Shown here: positions 33,103 to 42,583 of the stretch, piece by piece
Position numbering within the stretch: the first letter of the stretch is position 1
How the letters are laid out: each line of letters begins with the position of its first letter
Virus record (IMG/VR): IMGVR_UViG_3300045592_000030
Strand: one strand, 5' to 3'
Length of the DNA stretch: 64,000 nucleotides
From: a virus
Program-made: the position numbers and the translations under genes
Notes under the pieces: model-generated
What the model saw: the letters and a program-made list of their open reading frames with translations, nothing else
Databases searched by the model: none
Told to the model about the DNA's origin: nothing

Positions 33103-34392
33103 TTACTCCTTAGCGAAGATAGCGGTGATTGCGTCAGGCTGATTCTTCGTGATGTAGGTCAGAGCTGCGTTGGTAGAACCGTTGCTCCAACGGACGAACT
33201 TATAACCAGTCTCGGCTGTTGCGGTCAGCGTCAGCGTTGTACCTGGAACGTATGCGCCATTGGCATCAGCACTGCCACCTGTAACGACTACCTTACCACC
33301 CCCGGCAGGAGTGGCGGTAACAGCGAGCGTGTTATCGTGATAGTCGCCGCTAATCAACGATGTAGGAGCAACGACAGCTGCGTCAGTCATCGCGAACTTA
33401 GAAGGCATGAGCTGCACGATACGCGTACCGATAGTGGTCTGAATCTGGAACTGGATGTCGGTAAGGTCGTCATCGGTGCCCTCCTTGATGCCAACGTAGT
33501 TGTCAACGGGATCGCCGTTGTTGACACCAATCTCAAAGTTATTAGGAACAGTGAACACGATGCGGTCGCCAACGCCCCAGTCCTCAACAGGAACAACAGT
33601 TAGTCGTGGCATCTCGATAAACTTGAAGTTGACAGTATTGCCCTGCATGATGACCTCACGGTTGTTGCGGCGAGCATTGCCGTAAGCATCAGAGATAGCA
33701 ACAGATGTGTCAACATTCATGTAAGCAAAGGTTTCCTGACGTTTCAGGGCATCAGGCAGAGCGTTGTAAGCTGCGCGGAAATTCTTCCATGCGGCTGTAT
33801 CGCTGTCGTCCTTCGGCGCATCGAGCACATCGCAATGGATAAGGTTTTTATTCTCCTTAGAGATAAGGCCGTTCTCAACCTCGTGTGCTATAACGGTCTG
33901 GAAACCGTCAAAGAGGCCAAGAGCTTTCTTGTCATCCTCATTAGCGTCGGCGTTGTCCTTATCACCCCACCACAGGTTAGACATACAGTCGTCAGAGAAG
34001 GCTGTTGCAATCTGGGTCAGTGCTAACTCAGAAAGCGGATAGCTGACAGTAGCATCGCCATTGACATTAGCAACAGGCAGCTCGCGATAGTTACCCTTAT
34101 TGTCTGTGTAATGGTTCCAAACGGTGTAAGTAACCAGCGGACGCTCCTGTAAAAAGCCCATCTGCGAGTTAATCTTATCACCGGCATTCTTGCGACGTGT
34201 GGTGCCACCCTTACGATAGAACACATATTTTGTGTTCATGAGCTGAATGCCGGTAAGAACGTTGATGCCTAAGCGGGCAATCTCATCCTTGGCATAGTAA
34301 GCAGGACCCATAAGGATGTTTTGCTCAATCTGATTGGCCAAAGTCTTTAAGGTCTGAATTCCGATAAACGGAACAGTGTTAATTGTATTCAT
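33103..34392 (-). CDS. Major capsid protein candidate with a C-terminal Listeria-Bacteroides repeat-like domain
   Basis: 429 aa, directly after the protease-scaffold gene. The C-terminus ...TATAETGYKFVRWSNGS... resembles the GYxFxGW repeat. Confidence 0.55.
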   Translation of the reverse strand: MNTINTVPFIGIQTLKTLANQIEQNILMGPAYYAKDEIARLGINVLTGIQLMNTKYVFYRKGGTTRRKNAGDKINSQMGFLQERPLVTYTVWNHYTDNKGNYRELPVANVNGDATVSYPLSELALTQIATAFSDDCMSNLWWGDKDNADANEDDKKALGLFDGFQTVIAHEVENGLISKENKNLIHCDVLDAPKDDSDTAAWKNFRAAYNALPDALKRQETFAYMNVDTSVAISDAYGNARRNNREVIMQGNTVNFKFIEMPRLTVVPVEDWGVGDRIVFTVPNNFEIGVNNGDPVDNYVGIKEGTDDDLTDIQFQIQTTIGTRIVQLMPSKFAMTDAAVVAPTSLISGDYHDNTLAVTATPAGGGKVVVTGGSADANGAYVPGTTLTLTATAETGYKFVRWSNGSTNAALTYITKNQPDAITAIFAKE

Positions 34393-34438
34393 AGTGCTAT
34401 GAGTTTATATGAATTAATATCTGATGATTTGTCGTTGA

Positions 34439-36130
34439 TTACTTCTTGCCGTTGTCGAACATCTGTGCGGCATAAGGCTTCGACGGGTCGTAAACCTGCT
34501 GCACAGCGGCAATGCGAACCTGCTTTGCACCTGCGCCATTATCGACGGGAGCGTTTCCGGCTTCGACATTCTTACCGGCACTCTGGCCCATTTCCTTCAT
34601 CTGCTCGTCGCGGTCTTTCAGGTTCTGCTCCAGTTCGGCGATGCGAGCGGTCTTTGCGTCGATGTCTTTCTGTATCTCGGCCATCTTCGCGTTGAGCTCA
34701 GAAACCTGTTTATCGCTTGCGGCCTTTGCGTCGGCAGTAGCCTTCTCGTTTGCAGCTTTCTCATCTGCAAGAGCTTTGTCGCTTGCGGCTTTTGCGTCGG
34801 CAGTGGCTTTCTCGTTTGCAGACTTCAACTCGGCAATCTGAGCCTCGTAGTTAGCCTTTGCGTCGGCCAGCTTCTTCTCGTAGTCCTCCTGGGCTTTCTG
34901 AGCGGCTGCGGCATTGTCTGCTTTCTGTTTCTCACTTTCCGCCTTGATGTTGCCAATAGCGGACTCAAGCGTATCAAGCTGTGCGATGTTGAGGAACGAA
35001 CCGTTCTCAATCTCTTTCTCGCTACCAGTCTTTACGGCCAACTGCTCCACGTTGAGCAATGCGGCCACATTCTGATATTTCTTATCCATGTTGCTGTTAT
35101 TTTGTTGATTAGAATGAGCATTGATTTGTACTGTTGCAGGGGCTTGTGCCTGTGCTGCAATCTGCGTTGGTGCGGACATAGCCACATGCGCTGTTGCGGA
35201 AGAAGCGGTAGTGCGTGCGGATGCGGCATCCTGTGCGGCTGGAATACCGGCAGCTTTTGCCAAAGCTATCACACGGTCGAAAGCCTGGCCATAATCACAC
35301 TGGCCATTCGTCCAGATGCCTTTGGTCTTTTCAGCGTCGTACAAGTTGCCATGTATCATTTCATCCTTGCTCTTCGGGAAACTTTTCATAATGGCCGCGC
35401 GGAACTCCACGCCCGACTGAGCCAAATCATCGAGGATGATCTTATCGCCATCACTACCATCAGCCTTGCGGTACCATTCATTCTTATTGTAGCTATCCGG
35501 ATCGTAAAGCTCGCGATAGGTTTCACCGGTGTAAAGCTTATCCATATCACCCATCTTGTAGAACATGGCCATCACACCAATAGAGCCAAACTGGTCTTTC
35601 GGGTGCATGTACCATATTTCATCGCACATGCTGGCTAAGTACATAGCAGCCGACGCACACATACCATCGACCCACATCACTACCGGCTGCTTCTTGCTAT
35701 GAGCATAATCGATAGCTTGCTGGTAATCGTTGTGCGTCCATGCGGCTCCGCCTGGAGAGTTCACAACAAAGAGATGACCGACGCACTTAGGGTTGTCGGC
35801 ATTGCTCATAATCATATCGCGGTGGTCGGCACTTCCATAGGAACACAAGTCTCCGGCACGTGTCATTGGACCGTCGATAGTCATCACGTTTATGAATGGA
35901 TCGTTGATATTGTCTTGATAAGAAGAAATGCTCAACCCCGTTTCCGTAGAGATGTTCACATCCTGAATGACCTCCATTGTCGCGGCGTTGACCAACTGTC
36001 CAATCGTCTTTTCCATCGAAATGGGATAATGGCCGTTGAGATTTTGCTCCACCACATTGCGATAAGCTGCGGCGGCACTGGGCTCAATGGCAAATATCTT
36101 TGCGGTAAGTAATTCGTGTAATCCTCGCAT
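34439..36130 (-). CDS. Head maturation protease (ClpP/S49-like) fused to a coiled-coil scaffold domain
   Basis: VVNSPGG and MCASAAMY motifs. The Ala/Lys/Glu-rich C-terminal half has a repeated NEKATADAKAASDK. Start at ATG 36130. Confidence 0.7.
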   Translation of the reverse strand: MRGLHELLTAKIFAIEPSAAAAYRNVVEQNLNGHYPISMEKTIGQLVNAATMEVIQDVNISTETGLSISSYQDNINDPFINVMTIDGPMTRAGDLCSYGSADHRDMIMSNADNPKCVGHLFVVNSPGGAAWTHNDYQQAIDYAHSKKQPVVMWVDGMCASAAMYLASMCDEIWYMHPKDQFGSIGVMAMFYKMGDMDKLYTGETYRELYDPDSYNKNEWYRKADGSDGDKIILDDLAQSGVEFRAAIMKSFPKSKDEMIHGNLYDAEKTKGIWTNGQCDYGQAFDRVIALAKAAGIPAAQDAASARTTASSATAHVAMSAPTQIAAQAQAPATVQINAHSNQQNNSNMDKKYQNVAALLNVEQLAVKTGSEKEIENGSFLNIAQLDTLESAIGNIKAESEKQKADNAAAAQKAQEDYEKKLADAKANYEAQIAELKSANEKATADAKAASDKALADEKAANEKATADAKAASDKQVSELNAKMAEIQKDIDAKTARIAELEQNLKDRDEQMKEMGQSAGKNVEAGNAPVDNGAGAKQVRIAAVQQVYDPSKPYAAQMFDNGKK

Positions 36131-36454
36131 AATAGATATATTGTTTATTTCGATTTTGATTTCTACACCAAAAGTAAACAATACATTTTTCGTCAGGACG
36201 CAAAAATTAGGGGGAAAACCTTTGTTTTCGGGAAAGAGCAAAAAAAAAGTGAAAACAAAAAATCCGCATATCCTCACGGACAGCGGATCAACCATTGAAT
36301 TTATGAAATACAAAAAAATCAGCAAATGAAAGCGCATCCCTGCGCCATCATTTGCAATGCCTATAGATATGAATGAAACAATCTATTTTCTAACATACAA
36401 AACATTTCCGACATTTTTAACCTTTTCAATATACAATCTTACTATTCAATCTTA

Positions 36455-36937
36455 CTATTCAATACTAACAATCCTTGACCTTGACTGCATCACCAGTTCC
36501 ACGTTCATGGTGTGCGTTAGGTCTGCATAGCTCTCTGATACAGCAAACGAACAGGTGTTTGGCAGTGGGACGAGTGCTTTCTGCTCGCCATTGCGTATTG
36601 TCAATAAGACCAAAACGTCCATATTTTCGACGTTATCTGCCTTTTCGCGCACCGTATCGAAGCCACCTGTAACAACACACTGCAAAGTGTGCTGGTGAAT
36701 ACGTCCATAGACAGCATCCTTATCCTCCGTAGCCAGCGATGGTGAAGTGTCCATATCGCCGTCGCCGGTACCATCCATTGCTAACGACAATACCGACGCG
36801 CCCAACGTAATATTCGATTTCTCCATGATCACAAGCTTAGGCACCAAATAAAGAATACCCTTACAAGCTTCAAGAGGAATGAAATCAACCTTGACCACAT
36901 CATCTAATATCTGTTCCAAACAACTGTTATCTGCCAT
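36455..36937 (-). CDS. Hypothetical protein
   Basis: 160-aa ORF. Its 3' end overlaps a 13-nt tandem repeat (36434-36459). Confidence 0.5.
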   Translation of the reverse strand: MADNSCLEQILDDVVKVDFIPLEACKGILYLVPKLVIMEKSNITLGASVLSLAMDGTGDGDMDTSPSLATEDKDAVYGRIHQHTLQCVVTGGFDTVREKADNVENMDVLVLLTIRNGEQKALVPLPNTCSFAVSESYADLTHTMNVELVMQSRSRIVSIE

Positions 36938-37066
36938 CGTTATTTATATATGCGCTGACAACGCAAAAAAACATCAGAAAAATCAATTCTGTTGTATGGT
37001 TGCCAAAAATACATTATTAATTATTTCTTTAACGTTTGTTTATAATTAACTTAACATCGTTTTTGC

Positions 37067-37822
37067 TTATACTTCTGTTTTTACCTTTTCGTCTTTCATT
37101 CCGTTGCTGATTTGCTCAGCCTCTTTTGCAGTGATATGCTCGAAGAATCGGTCAGAAAAATCTATGCGGTCGTTAGGCAAAATATTCGCGCGGTCAAGCC
37201 ATCGGTTTGTCATCCGTCGCAACGACTCGCGTTCTTTCTTGTCTGCTGACACGGGAATACCATACACCATGAAGAAGCGTTCCAACGTCTCCAGCCGTGG
37301 CCGGTCTATGCCACGTTGGTTACAGAAACGACGGTCTTGTATCATCCAGTCGAGCAAACACAAGACAAATTCATGTCTGAGCATTCCTTCCAGTCTGGTA
37401 ACACTGCTGCGGTCGAGCGAATAGCTGTTGTTGACGCGGATAAAACGTCCACCATCGCAAATCTCCTTTGGTGTGGCAATACAAAGATAGTCATAACATT
37501 CGTTGAGGAAGTTACCACTTTCCTTTGCCATTGTGCTTATTTCCTGCGCCGACGGCCATTCCTTTGCGTCCCGTTTGATGATTTTGTCCTTACCGTCGGG
37601 CGTGCGGCCACGAAGCATATTCTTCCATGCCATCTGCGAATAGCAATGATTGCGTGCCATGTCGCTCTCGCTCATCACGCGCAAGCCCATCGACAACACG
37701 ACATATTCCTGCGAGAAAGCACAGAACTGCAATGGCTGCTCCGGCGATAAGGGATGATCCGTATCGCGGTTGCGGTAGAACGCGCAAATGTACTGCGGCA
37801 ATCTAAGATAGATGTTAGCCAT
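37067..37822 (-). CDS. Hypothetical protein
   Basis: ATG at 37822, two nt after the stop of the upstream gene. Confidence 0.55.
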   Translation of the reverse strand: MANIYLRLPQYICAFYRNRDTDHPLSPEQPLQFCAFSQEYVVLSMGLRVMSESDMARNHCYSQMAWKNMLRGRTPDGKDKIIKRDAKEWPSAQEISTMAKESGNFLNECYDYLCIATPKEICDGGRFIRVNNSYSLDRSSVTRLEGMLRHEFVLCLLDWMIQDRRFCNQRGIDRPRLETLERFFMVYGIPVSADKKERESLRRMTNRWLDRANILPNDRIDFSDRFFEHITAKEAEQISNGMKDEKVKTEV

Positions 37823-37824
37823 AA

Positions 37825-38133
37825 TCAGCACTCCTCCTCGTGAAAGACTATCGGCCCCTGCACCTTGTCAGTGTCCGTATCGTTGTCGGGTTTATCCTCC
37901 TTTGTAAACTCTAAACGAAATACACTCAGCACAAAGAACAGCCAATTGAATGTTATGCCATAAACATAACGAAGTCCTGGCTTACCAATGGATTTTTCTT
38001 CGTGTGCCAATATAGGCATACAATTACGGTATATATATAGCGAAGGAATAACAAAGAAAGTGGCGAATGATCGACGCTGTGCTTTATTACACCAATAACA
38101 ACGATCCAAAATCTTGAATTTTATCTTCTTCAT
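37825..38133 (-). CDS. Hypothetical membrane protein
   Basis: 102-aa ORF with hydrophobic segments. Confidence 0.45.
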   Translation of the reverse strand: MKKIKFKILDRCYWCNKAQRRSFATFFVIPSLYIYRNCMPILAHEEKSIGKPGLRYVYGITFNWLFFVLSVFRLEFTKEDKPDNDTDTDKVQGPIVFHEEEC

Positions 38134-38144
38134 ATAATTAAAGG

Positions 38145-38381
38145 TTATATTGCCTGACTGATGTCCTTACCCACATGCCAACATCCACAAATGGAACAGC
38201 GGTAAATAGTATATCCATCGTGCTTGAGCCACCAGTGGCGGCATAGCCAGTGTTTGGCCTTGTGCTCCGTAGAGAATGGCTGTTTGGGTTTCCATCGTCC
38301 TTGTTTCTTACTGTAATGCTCACGTGGCTGCTTACCTTTCGGATGCATCCGCCGGTCGTGGTAGGGTGTATAATCTTTCAT
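38145..38381 (-). CDS. Small basic Cys/His-rich (zinc-ribbon-like) protein
   Basis: 78 aa with CRHWW...CSICGCWH. Confidence 0.45.
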   Translation of the reverse strand: MKDYTPYHDRRMHPKGKQPREHYSKKQGRWKPKQPFSTEHKAKHWLCRHWWLKHDGYTIYRCSICGCWHVGKDISQAI

Positions 38382-38440
38382 ACGCTGCCGGGATTGTTCC
38401 TTACCCTAAAGATAGAACAAAATGCTAACAGTAAAAGACG

Positions 38441-39127
38441 TTATTTCTTCCCTTTCTCACGTTTTGCGGCATCTGCTTTTTTACGCAACTGCGCACTCTT
38501 AGCAATGAATGTTTTCATGCGCTTGTCAAAGTAGTTTTCCATGCTGTCTGCATAGTCAGCAAAGAGAGCCTGCTGCTCTTCGGAGCCCGTACTGCGCGTA
38601 TGGCGGAAAGCGGAGGAAAGCTGATGCAAGGCAGTAGCCACACCCTCAAACTGCGTGAAGTCGTATTCTTCCTGCGGAAAGAGCTCTTTCAGTTCCTGTT
38701 GAATGTCTATCAACTTACTTTCGACAATATCAGAGAGGAAAGTAACCATATTGAGATGGTAGCTGCACAGCTGCTTCACATTCTGCTTGTGTTCATCGTC
38801 AGCCGGTATCTTCTTCCACAAGTCGTTAATCTTGATGTCCTGCTTTTCGGTGTGGTGCAAGGTTTTTCGTTGCATGGCGGTCAGGATCATCATGGCAATG
38901 CGCTGGTCGTCTTGCTCCACTCCTTTACGAATGGCAAGAGGATTAGAACCGGGCCGCTCGGCCACCTTGAACATCTTGTTTCGATGCTCTACAAGTCGCT
39001 CGAATTTCTCATCATGGAACACCAGTTCCAGTACGGACATGTATTCCGACGTGCGGCACACATCAAGCTCCATCGGCATGGTGAACGATGGCAGCTTTTC
39101 ATAATTGATATATTCCTTCTGTTTCAT
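38441..39127 (-). CDS. Hypothetical protein
   Basis: 228-aa ORF. Confidence 0.55.
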   Translation of the reverse strand: MKQKEYINYEKLPSFTMPMELDVCRTSEYMSVLELVFHDEKFERLVEHRNKMFKVAERPGSNPLAIRKGVEQDDQRIAMMILTAMQRKTLHHTEKQDIKINDLWKKIPADDEHKQNVKQLCSYHLNMVTFLSDIVESKLIDIQQELKELFPQEEYDFTQFEGVATALHQLSSAFRHTRSTGSEEQQALFADYADSMENYFDKRMKTFIAKSAQLRKKADAAKREKGKK

Positions 39128-39194
39128 AATTGTTATCTATTAAAATCGTAAATTTCAACATCGAAAGGTTTTTCCATTTTTTGAATTTTATTTG

Positions 39195-39716
39195 TCAAAC
39201 TAATAGATAATCTTGCCAAATTTCGGCAAATTGTTGGCCGAAATAGATTGCGATTTCATCGCTTTCGGAAGCAAGAGCACCACCGTTATGCGCGGACGCG
39301 CTCAAAACATCGTAGTACGAGTACAAACACGACGAACCGACATCGGAACCGCTGTTCGCACTACCGACGCAAAGCGAGGCGTCTTTCTTTATGATTTTGA
39401 ACCAAGGAAAATACTTATATTGACCAAAATCTGCCCAGTCAGGTTTCCAACTGCCCCGCAATGCCTTTGCTATTATACAAAGTTTAGCGTATGCCTTTAG
39501 ATGCTTAGGTGTAATTCCTTCAACATAAGAAGGATCATCTCCTGTTACCTTGCAGGCATCCTCGAAGGTCCTTATTTTTTCATAGTCATTCAGAAACATT
39601 TCTTCTCCGTATAGATTGCGGAGCATTTTCTTACCGTTTTCATCTGCATCTTTATATGCAGTCTGTAATTTTGAAACAGGCACGAATGCCATGTTTATGT
39701 TTTCTTCTTTTTCCAT
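39195..39716 (-). CDS. Hypothetical protein
   Basis: 173-aa ORF. Confidence 0.55.
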   Translation of the reverse strand: MEKEENINMAFVPVSKLQTAYKDADENGKKMLRNLYGEEMFLNDYEKIRTFEDACKVTGDDPSYVEGITPKHLKAYAKLCIIAKALRGSWKPDWADFGQYKYFPWFKIIKKDASLCVGSANSGSDVGSSCLYSYYDVLSASAHNGGALASESDEIAIYFGQQFAEIWQDYLLV

Positions 39717-39722
39717 AATTAT

Positions 39723-39902
39723 TTATTTGAATTGTTCCTTACTCCAATTTACGCCTTTCTTAAATCCTTCTACAAATGCATTAGTGCATATATCATGAAT
39801 TTCCATATTACATATAGACTTTGGAAATGTCCATAAAAGGCATTTACCACATCTCTGACTTCTACCATCATATAAATTAGCTGCTTTTTTTATTCCTACC
39901 AT
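39723..39902 (-). CDS. Hypothetical small protein (AT-rich island)
   Basis: Track ORF starts at TTG 39908. ATG at 39902. Confidence 0.4.
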   Translation of the reverse strand: MVGIKKAANLYDGRSQRCGKCLLWTFPKSICNMEIHDICTNAFVEGFKKGVNWSKEQFK

Positions 39903-39908
39903 AATCAA

Positions 39909-40142
39909 TTATTTTAAATGTTTCATATACCAATCAAATTTAGCACTTATCCTTCCGTAATAAGAGTCATAAATCCTCCTATTATATTCAGCCCTTTCAT
40001 ATCCTACAAAGAAACTATTACATTTACATGTATAAAAATCATTCAGATTCTCTAACTCGTTTGAAAAGTGTTCGGCTCTTTCTTTATAATATCCCTTAGA
40101 AAGTATCTTTTCCCGTAGCTTTTTTATTGTTCTTGCTTTCAT
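39909..40142 (-). CDS. Hypothetical small protein (AT-rich island)
   Basis: 77-aa ORF with an ATG start. Confidence 0.45.
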   Translation of the reverse strand: MKARTIKKLREKILSKGYYKERAEHFSNELENLNDFYTCKCNSFFVGYERAEYNRRIYDSYYGRISAKFDWYMKHLK

Positions 40143-40389
40143 ATCTATTTTCCTGTATTAAATTATGATGCTTTGCGAAAAGACATGGAGTCTTACCATC
40201 AGAACGTAGATCATTACAATCATCAGTGCAATCAACTCCACAATCATACTTTTTTAAGCATGTACCCCAAAGAGAAGTTGCGCATCCGTCTTCATCTTTT
40301 CCATATCAAGGGCAATCTTTGAAAGTTTTCTTCTTGTATTTTTTCCTATGGTGCATGACTGCATCAGGGAATAGTTCCTGCTGCTTCAT
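40096..40389 (-). pseudogene. Cys-rich ORF interrupted by a single in-frame TGA
   Basis: ATG 40389 sits 4 nt after the upstream stop. 25 codons are followed by TGA at 40306-40308, then 69 further sense codons (six Cys) to TAA 40096-40098. Confidence 0.45.
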
Positions 40390-40393
40390 TTCT

Positions 40394-40624
40394 TTACCTT
40401 CTCTTTTGCGTGATTTTTTTATAGATTTCATCTGCATGGTCAAACATCCATGTCATTCCCATACCAAACCCTTTCATGAAGAGCTGCTTTTCGTTATGCG
40501 TCATCTGATAAAGATGATGTTTCAGCAAAGAATCTTCCGCCTTGTCACCTTGGCGCATAGCCTCTTCGGTAATCAATTTTTCCTTTTCTTCCGGTGTCAT
40601 TTCTTTACCTCCTTTTTCTTCCAT
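40394..40624 (-). CDS. Hypothetical small protein
   Basis: 76-aa ORF. Confidence 0.45.
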   Translation of the reverse strand: MEEKGGKEMTPEEKEKLITEEAMRQGDKAEDSLLKHHLYQMTHNEKQLFMKGFGMGMTWMFDHADEIYKKITQKRR

Positions 40625-40803
40625 GTTTGGTAAGAAACATTTACTTCACGAAATGCGTAAAAAGTCTTACCGCAATTTTCGCATTGGACCTCTTCTCGTT
40701 CAAAATCGTCGTCTCCTTCAAAGGCTGTACCTACCTCTTGATGATGTCCGCAATAGGGGCAGATTAATTCATAACTGCTCCATGTATCAATATCTTCCAT
40801 CAT
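40597..40803 (-). CDS. Zinc-ribbon small protein
   Basis: CPYCG...CENCG pair. 68 aa. Confidence 0.5.
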   Translation of the reverse strand: MMEDIDTWSSYELICPYCGHHQEVGTAFEGDDDFEREEVQCENCGKTFYAFREVNVSYQTWKKKEVKK

Positions 40804-40805
40804 AA

Positions 40806-41048
40806 TTATTTCTCCTTTCTAAAAACCTTTGATGATATTCTTTTATATTTCACATCAGGGTTAAAATTCTTTGCTAAAAAATTTAAGCTGCTGTCCTTAA
40901 GTTCTTTAACATCTTCAGCAAATTCTTTTGCATCGGATTGTCGGTCCCCAAAATTCCGTAGGCTGTGCCATCTTTTATGTGCCTCAGGAGGCAAAATAAA
41001 CCATTCTTTAACAATATAACCATAATCAGTATTGCTAACTTGCGCCAT
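40806..41048 (-). CDS. Hypothetical small protein
   Basis: Track ORF starts at TTG 41093. The first ATG is at 41048, 14 nt after the upstream stop. Confidence 0.4.
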   Translation of the reverse strand: MAQVSNTDYGYIVKEWFILPPEAHKRWHSLRNFGDRQSDAKEFAEDVKELKDSSLNFLAKNFNPDVKYKRISSKVFRKEK

Positions 41049-41061
41049 ATCTAATCTCCAA

Positions 41062-41319
41062 TTATTTATTATTTTCGGTAAAATGTAATTCAACCTCTAC
41101 CGGATTATCCCCATAATTCATTTTATACCCCAATATTGATTTAATAGTCCCTTTCGGCAAGACCAGCCAGTCACCGTCAAACGACATGAAGTAATCTAAA
41201 TGTGGCTTTTTCATTGATAGTATTTCTTCCTTTAAAGGATTCACCGAAAGATAAAATCTGTTCATCTTGCTCTTAATGCTGATACCTTCTTGGTATCTTT
41301 CAAAATCTGAATCCGTCAT
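41062..41319 (-). CDS. Hypothetical small protein
   Basis: 85-aa ORF. Confidence 0.45.
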   Translation of the reverse strand: MTDSDFERYQEGISIKSKMNRFYLSVNPLKEEILSMKKPHLDYFMSFDGDWLVLPKGTIKSILGYKMNYGDNPVEVELHFTENNK

Positions 41320-41516
41320 ATCTGTTCCTCCTCTCCCAGATGGTTAGTGTTAACTTTTTTGCTTTTAGCTTTATCTCTCTCATCGGCATCGTCATCTCGA
41401 GCCATTAGAACAAGGCAAGCAAATATTGTCATCATCGCCATTATTATAATTAATCCTAATACTATAGCTCGTATGTTATCAAGTCTTGTGATCCAATAAA
41501 ATGTTTCCATAATCAT
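41316..41516 (-). CDS. Small single-pass membrane protein
   Basis: 66 aa with one hydrophobic helix and an acidic/basic tail. Confidence 0.45.
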   Translation of the reverse strand: MIMETFYWITRLDNIRAIVLGLIIIMAMMTIFACLVLMARDDDADERDKAKSKKVNTNHLGEEEQI

Positions 41517-41530
41517 CTAATTTTTAGTTC

Positions 41531-41704
41531 TTATCCATGAAATTTAATTAATAACTTTGTAATATCTTCTTTAATATCAAGCACCATTTTTTGATTTTCT
41601 TCTGAATAACACATTGACTCTACATAATCACATAGATCATATAAGTCTACAATAGCATCTTTTTTGTCTTTTTCAAAAATTTGACGATCTAAATCCGTTT
41701 CCAT
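41531..41704 (-). CDS. Unlisted 57-aa acidic ORF filling a gap in the track
   Basis: Hand translation: METDLDRQIFEKDKKDAIVDLYDLCDYVESMCYSEENQKMVLDIKEDITKLLIKFHG. Overlaps the upstream gene by 16 nt. Confidence 0.4.
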   Translation of the reverse strand: METDLDRQIFEKDKKDAIVDLYDLCDYVESMCYSEENQKMVLDIKEDITKLLIKFHG

Positions 41705-41880
41705 ACATATACCTTTTCTATGTCTTTTTCTGTGGCGTAATTCTTAATTCCTTTAACCTTGTAAAGGTAAACTCCTCTACTGTCTTTAAGCACTTCGGTA
41801 ATGATAGAGATCTTACCGATCATCTCTTTGTTTTTGTGACTTACAACCTTTACGGTGTCACCTAATTTAAATTTATTCAT
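41689..41880 (-). CDS. Hypothetical small protein
   Basis: 63-aa ORF. Confidence 0.45.
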   Translation of the reverse strand: MNKFKLGDTVKVVSHKNKEMIGKISIITEVLKDSRGVYLYKVKGIKNYATEKDIEKVYVWKRI

Positions 41881-41903
41881 AGTCTTTATGTTTAAATCAT
41901 TTT

Positions 41904-42329
41904 TTACTTATCAGTGCACTTGTTTCTTACCAGTTCGTTATATTCTGCTATCCAATCTGCTGGTATAGCCTTATTTGCATCGATATAACGCTTAATCCCA
42001 TCTTTTATCATGTCTATCCGTTTCCTGTCCCAGATAAATTTAGGCATTACTCCCAACGGTGGTCTATCTGTATTATCTTTTTTCGGATATTTGGCAAAAA
42101 ACACATCAAAATTAAGGTTTCCAATTATATCTCTCCAAAATGCGGGTCCTTCTTTAGTCCTCGACCACTCGAATCCACCATTATCAACACAAGAAGATGG
42201 GTCTATTTGAAATACGCCCACGTCAGCCTTGTTTCCTTGGTGAACTTGATTGCTAACCATTTTCTGAACTATTTCTATAGGGAAATCCTTGATTTGCCCT
42301 TTTAAATCTGACTCTTTAACTTTGTACAT
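41904..42329 (-). CDS. Hypothetical protein with GGFEWSRTKEGPAFW motif
   Basis: 141-aa ORF. The motif is common in small phage proteins of unknown function. Confidence 0.5.
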   Translation of the reverse strand: MYKVKESDLKGQIKDFPIEIVQKMVSNQVHQGNKADVGVFQIDPSSCVDNGGFEWSRTKEGPAFWRDIIGNLNFDVFFAKYPKKDNTDRPPLGVMPKFIWDRKRIDMIKDGIKRYIDANKAIPADWIAEYNELVRNKCTDK

Positions 42330-42331
42330 AA

Positions 42332-42583
42332 TTACTTATTTAATAAGGGAGGTATTGGCATCCAATAGTCAACGTCATCTAATTCTGCACTATCACATAA
42401 AAAATCACCTGTGTCACTCCATATAAATTCACCTTCATCAATAAACAAATATAACGTTGTATATTCATTATTTCCTTTTATATGACAAAGAACTTGTTTG
42501 GAACGCGACATTCCATCTTCTGATTCTTCTTTTGTTTCAGGAAGTCTTACTTTAGCATCTATCCATGTTTCTTGTTCTATCAT
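42332..42583 (-). CDS. DUF551-like small protein
   Basis: WIDAKVRLP...YWMPIPPL pattern. Confidence 0.5.
   Translation of the reverse strand: MIEQETWIDAKVRLPETKEESEDGMSRSKQVLCHIKGNNEYTTLYLFIDEGEFIWSDTGDFLCDSAELDDVDYWMPIPPLLNK

Noticed and set aside
36169-36215. TCCCCCTAA upstream of a TACTTTTG box before the protease gene, as a seventh late-promoter copy.
   Set aside because: The spacing is 30 nt rather than 18, and the nonamer differs at two central positions. Possibly related, but it does not fit the fixed-spacing pattern.
40306-40308. Genome-wide reassignment of TGA (alternative genetic code) as the explanation for the in-frame stop.
   Set aside because: Very long ORFs (1877, 904, 665 and 656 aa) and nearly all genes are intact under the standard code, and many genes end in TGA at sensible positions.
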